In this document: positions 32,714 to 35,299 of the stretch, piece after piece
Numbering within the stretch: the stretch's first letter is position 1
Layout of the letters: each line of letters starts with the position of its first letter
Virus record (IMG/VR): IMGVR_UViG_3300030372_002767
Location: 1 to 35,299 of that record
Source: a virus
Lineage: Duplodnaviria; Caudoviricetes
Length of the DNA stretch: 35,299 bases
Reading direction: 5' to 3' (one strand)
The notes under the pieces: generated by a model
What the model was told of the DNA's origin: nothing
Database searches by the model: none
The model's input: the letters and a program-made list of their open reading frames with translations, nothing else
Made by a program: the position numbers and the translations under genes

Positions 32714-33999
32714 CAGCTAATCCTAAATATTGCTTTTCCCGAAGCCTGTAAACTAGTAATAGCAAATACCAATGCATCGAGCCTATCAGGTGAGTTTACA
32801 CTATTTCCTGTGAAATGGCACATTTGTTCTTCTAGGTCTTTGAAATAACCTACATGATGTACCTTTCCTTGCTCGTACAAACTACTTACTGGTTCTGCTC
32901 TTAACATTTTTCCCTTCATACTTCTAACTGGTCTGTAAGGTACTTTATCATCTTGCACTCTTAACAAACGTTCAATTAAGTCGCCACCGTTATTTACTTC
33001 TGCAACAATATAATTTGCTTCGTACTCGTAATATAACCCAATTGCTTTACGAATCCAATCATCAGGTGTATATATTCCACTTCTATCATCTAACACATAA
33101 TATTCATTGTTGACACCTCGTCCTACTACAATCAATCCAGTTTCATCAGAGTTTTCGTTACTGGTTACTGCAGGGTCAACACTAATAACAACTTTTGTTA
33201 GTTCTACTTTGTCTCTAACTCTTGCTTTGTCTATGTCTTCACGTTTGAACAAACTACCTTCAATGTCTTCGAGTATCTCAGCAAATAATTCTTGCCTACC
33301 TAGTCTCGTGTTCTCATAACGTTCTCTTAACATTGATATGGTTGACTTAGCTAAGTTGTCTTCATTCTCAAACGTTGAGCCTGTTATCTTCTTTACATCA
33401 TCACGTTCAAACAGTTCTTTTACTAAAGGTGTTGGTCTTGGTGTTGTTGTGATTATGCATTTAGGTGATTCACCCAATCGTAAAGCCATCATCAAGTTAT
33501 CAAACGTATCTCTGTATCTCCATGATGCTAACTCATCGCACCATGCTCTGTGAAAGTTTTGACCACGTATCCTATCTGCTTCTGTTGCAGGGAATCCAAT
33601 TATCTTTGAGCCATTGTAAAAAGTTATCTCTGATGCAGATTTGTTATAACCTTTATATGCAAGTAAATCTTTATCAAGCAACGTTATGATTCCAGAGTCT
33701 CCTTGAAAACAAACTTTTGAAAGGTCTGAATATGTTGGTGCAACTACACCACATATACTATTGGGGTGTGTGAGACAATACTCAATTATATTCATTGCAC
33801 CTGAAATTGTCTTACCGAATCCACGTCCTGCGAGTAACAGATAAATATTATATTTGTCTTCGTCAACTATGACTTGTTTTGGACGTGCCTTGTTCGTTAT
33901 CCACTCGTCCAGTAGAAGCATCGCTTTCTTCTCTTTGTAGTCTAGCTTCTCTAAGTCTATTAACAATTCGTCTGACTCTTGACTCATCTTCGTCTGCAT
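32713..33999 (-). CDS. terL: Terminase large subunit
   Basis: AGRGFGKT Walker A, RG...AWCDE Walker B, TTTP, DPA, EVNNGG and DRLDA nuclease motifs; GGAGG RBS 6 nt upstream of ATG 33999. Confidence 0.96.
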   Translation of the reverse strand: MQTKMSQESDELLIDLEKLDYKEKKAMLLLDEWITNKARPKQVIVDEDKYNIYLLLAGRGFGKTISGAMNIIEYCLTHPNSICGVVAPTYSDLSKVCFQGDSGIITLLDKDLLAYKGYNKSASEITFYNGSKIIGFPATEADRIRGQNFHRAWCDELASWRYRDTFDNLMMALRLGESPKCIITTTPRPTPLVKELFERDDVKKITGSTFENEDNLAKSTISMLRERYENTRLGRQELFAEILEDIEGSLFKREDIDKARVRDKVELTKVVISVDPAVTSNENSDETGLIVVGRGVNNEYYVLDDRSGIYTPDDWIRKAIGLYYEYEANYIVAEVNNGGDLIERLLRVQDDKVPYRPVRSMKGKMLRAEPVSSLYEQGKVHHVGYFKDLEEQMCHFTGNSVNSPDRLDALVFAITSLQASGKAIFRIS

Positions 34000-34288
34000 T
34001 GATTACCTCCAGTGTACTTGTATCTCTCCAACCTGCTTGACACTTTAACCAAAAAATACCTGCTGTTACTGCACCTTGTCCTTCACCTGTAGCAATTCTG
34101 TATAGATTCTTTGCTACCTGTGCATTCGCTTCTGCTTTCCCTTGTGTCAATTCTTCGTTGTAGTATTTAGTCAAAGTATTTCTAGCAATGCCCAATATGC
34201 TACATATCTGTTCTTGTGTTATACCGAGACCCGATAAACTTTTTACCATTTTGCTCTTTTCTTCTGACTTGTCGATAATCTTTGGCAT
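33863..34288 (-). CDS. terS: Terminase small subunit
   Basis: HTH (G....QI..ILGI...TL.KYY..EL..G...AN..VA..LY..A....A.IFWLK..AGW); directly upstream of terL. Confidence 0.85.
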   Translation of the reverse strand: MPKIIDKSEEKSKMVKSLSGLGITQEQICSILGIARNTLTKYYNEELTQGKAEANAQVAKNLYRIATGEGQGAVTAGIFWLKCQAGWRDTSTLEVINADEDESRVRRIVNRLREARLQREESDASTGRVDNEQGTSKTSHS

Positions 34289-34294
34289 GATTCG

Positions 34295-34323
34295 ATTCTA
34301 ATACTCTTTTTAATAATGTTCAA
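34295..34323 (-). promoter_or_regulatory. Promoter TTGAAC-N17-TAGAAT, 6 nt upstream of the terS ATG (leaderless candidate)
   Basis: Hexamers at 34323-34318 and 34300-34295; no SD before ATG 34288. Confidence 0.6.
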
Positions 34324-34328
34324 ATAAA

Positions 34329-34880
34329 TTACTTATCTTGCACTGGATACCATGCTTTTGAATACTTATAATTCTTAATATTCTTCATTTTAAACACCGA
34401 GTCTTGATATAATAAGTCAATCTCTTTGACGGATGCACCTATTTCTTTACCTACATCAGTATTAGACCATCCGTGTTTATCAATCAACTCTCTAATCATA
34501 CCCGACATTTTAAGTGCTACATGACTACCTTTAGCACGATTCATACGTACTGTTAATATCATTGCTTTATCTCTTGGTACGTCAAACACAACACATGGAA
34601 CTCTGCCGTCATATTTTTGTTTTAATGCTTTAGACTGTTTAGACAACATTGTCCTATGAAACCCGTCTATAATTATTTTATCTTTAGAAATAATTATAGG
34701 TTGTACCCAACCAACTTGTAATATATTTAACTCTAGTGCTTTTAACTCGGCATTCATTACAATGTTTGGGTTGTAGTCATTGGCTACTAATGCTTCTGCA
34801 TCAATCCATTCTATTTTTTCAATCGGTTCTTTTTTCATATACACATTTACTAATTGGATAAATTTTTCTTTTGTATTCAC
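34329..34880 (-). CDS. ParB/Srx-domain protein, YbdM/IbrB-like
   Basis: EW.....L.ANDYNPN.V...EL..L...I...GW.QPI....IIDGFHR...TVR.NRAKGSH. Confidence 0.88.
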   Translation of the reverse strand: MNTKEKFIQLVNVYMKKEPIEKIEWIDAEALVANDYNPNIVMNAELKALELNILQVGWVQPIIISKDKIIIDGFHRTMLSKQSKALKQKYDGRVPCVVFDVPRDKAMILTVRMNRAKGSHVALKMSGMIRELIDKHGWSNTDVGKEIGASVKEIDLLYQDSVFKMKNIKNYKYSKAWYPVQDK

Positions 34881-35200
34881 CTGTCATAAAGAAATCTAAC
34901 AGATGATAAATAGGGTATGCATCAGGCGACTTTCTGTGTGCGACAACTGCTTGTTTGAATCGTTCGTATGCTAAATGTTTTTGTCTAGGTTCGGTTATAT
35001 ATTCTTTAACGTATTCTAGTATTGTTTGTAAGTCTTTTCCGTACTTATCTTTTATCTTGTCTTTGTTATATTCTTTATAGTATTTGTCTTGCAATATCAT
35101 TTCGGGAAACAACGTAATTACTTGTTGATACAATATAGGGTCGAGGGTTCTTAGTTTATAAAATCGTTTACTTGCTTCATGATGTATTGGTGTTGCGACT
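34819..35200 (-). CDS. C-terminal part of the PAPS-reductase-like protein that starts at 680
   Basis: In frame with the 680..1 segment through the terminal overlap (...PLYNMQMWNNEALRVATPIH...). Confidence 0.88.
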
Positions 35201-35298
35201 CTTAGTGCTTCATTATTCCACATTTGCATATTGTACAATGGACAATACTCAATATCATTATCATAAAAATATTTGAATACATCATCTTCTTGCCAATC
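35201..35298 (+). repeat. Terminal direct repeat (assembly overlap), copy 2
   Basis: Identical to 1-98. Confidence 0.97.
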
Positions 35299-35299
35299 G

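Larger units (their letters stand above)
1..35299. mobile_element. Complete circular(ised) tailed dsDNA phage genome (siphovirus-like, HK97 head, GTA-like tail)
   Basis: Terminase, portal, protease, capsid, tail tube, tape measure and replication genes all present; terminal direct overlap; an ORF is continuous across the junction. Confidence 0.96.

Noticed and set aside
1-35299. Stop-codon reassignment, tRNA genes or a lysogeny module
   Set aside because: The standard code gives dense, intact ORFs ending in all three stops; no cloverleaf, integrase or CI recognised by eye

Overview
The window is an apparently complete, circular ~35,200-bp genome of a low-GC tailed dsDNA phage: bases 1-98 are repeated at 35201-35298, and one gene runs across the junction. 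It has an HK97-type head and a non-contractile, GTA-like tail. The gene families suggest a marine alphaproteobacterial host (inference). A divergent promoter pair at ~2718-2789 drives two operons. The leftward operon encodes a Cro-like HTH, a replication initiator, an SF4 helicase, ParB, a PAPS-reductase-like protein and a second ParB, then terminase, head and tail genes. The rightward early operon encodes an ERF-like annealase, a 2OG-Fe(II) oxygenase, a PD-(D/E)XK nuclease and small ORFs. I recognised no integrase, CI repressor, DNA polymerase, tRNA, CRISPR array or endolysin. Main points of interest: (1) a ParB/PP-loop/ParB cassette next to terminase, a candidate DNA-modification system; (2) four co-oriented ~65-70-bp repeats with 10-bp periodicity, one of them inside a coding sequence; (3) two opposite-strand gene islands in the structural module that share an operator, promoter and leader with the early region; (4) several small hairpins carrying anti-Shine-Dalgarno sequence, which may be sRNAs; (5) an HlyC/RtxC-like acyltransferase in the tail-tip module; (6) a portal with a ~380-aa multidomain extension; (7) a permuted tail gene order; (8) a lysis region with exported proteins but no recognisable endolysin. 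All protein calls come from motifs read by eye, not from database searches.
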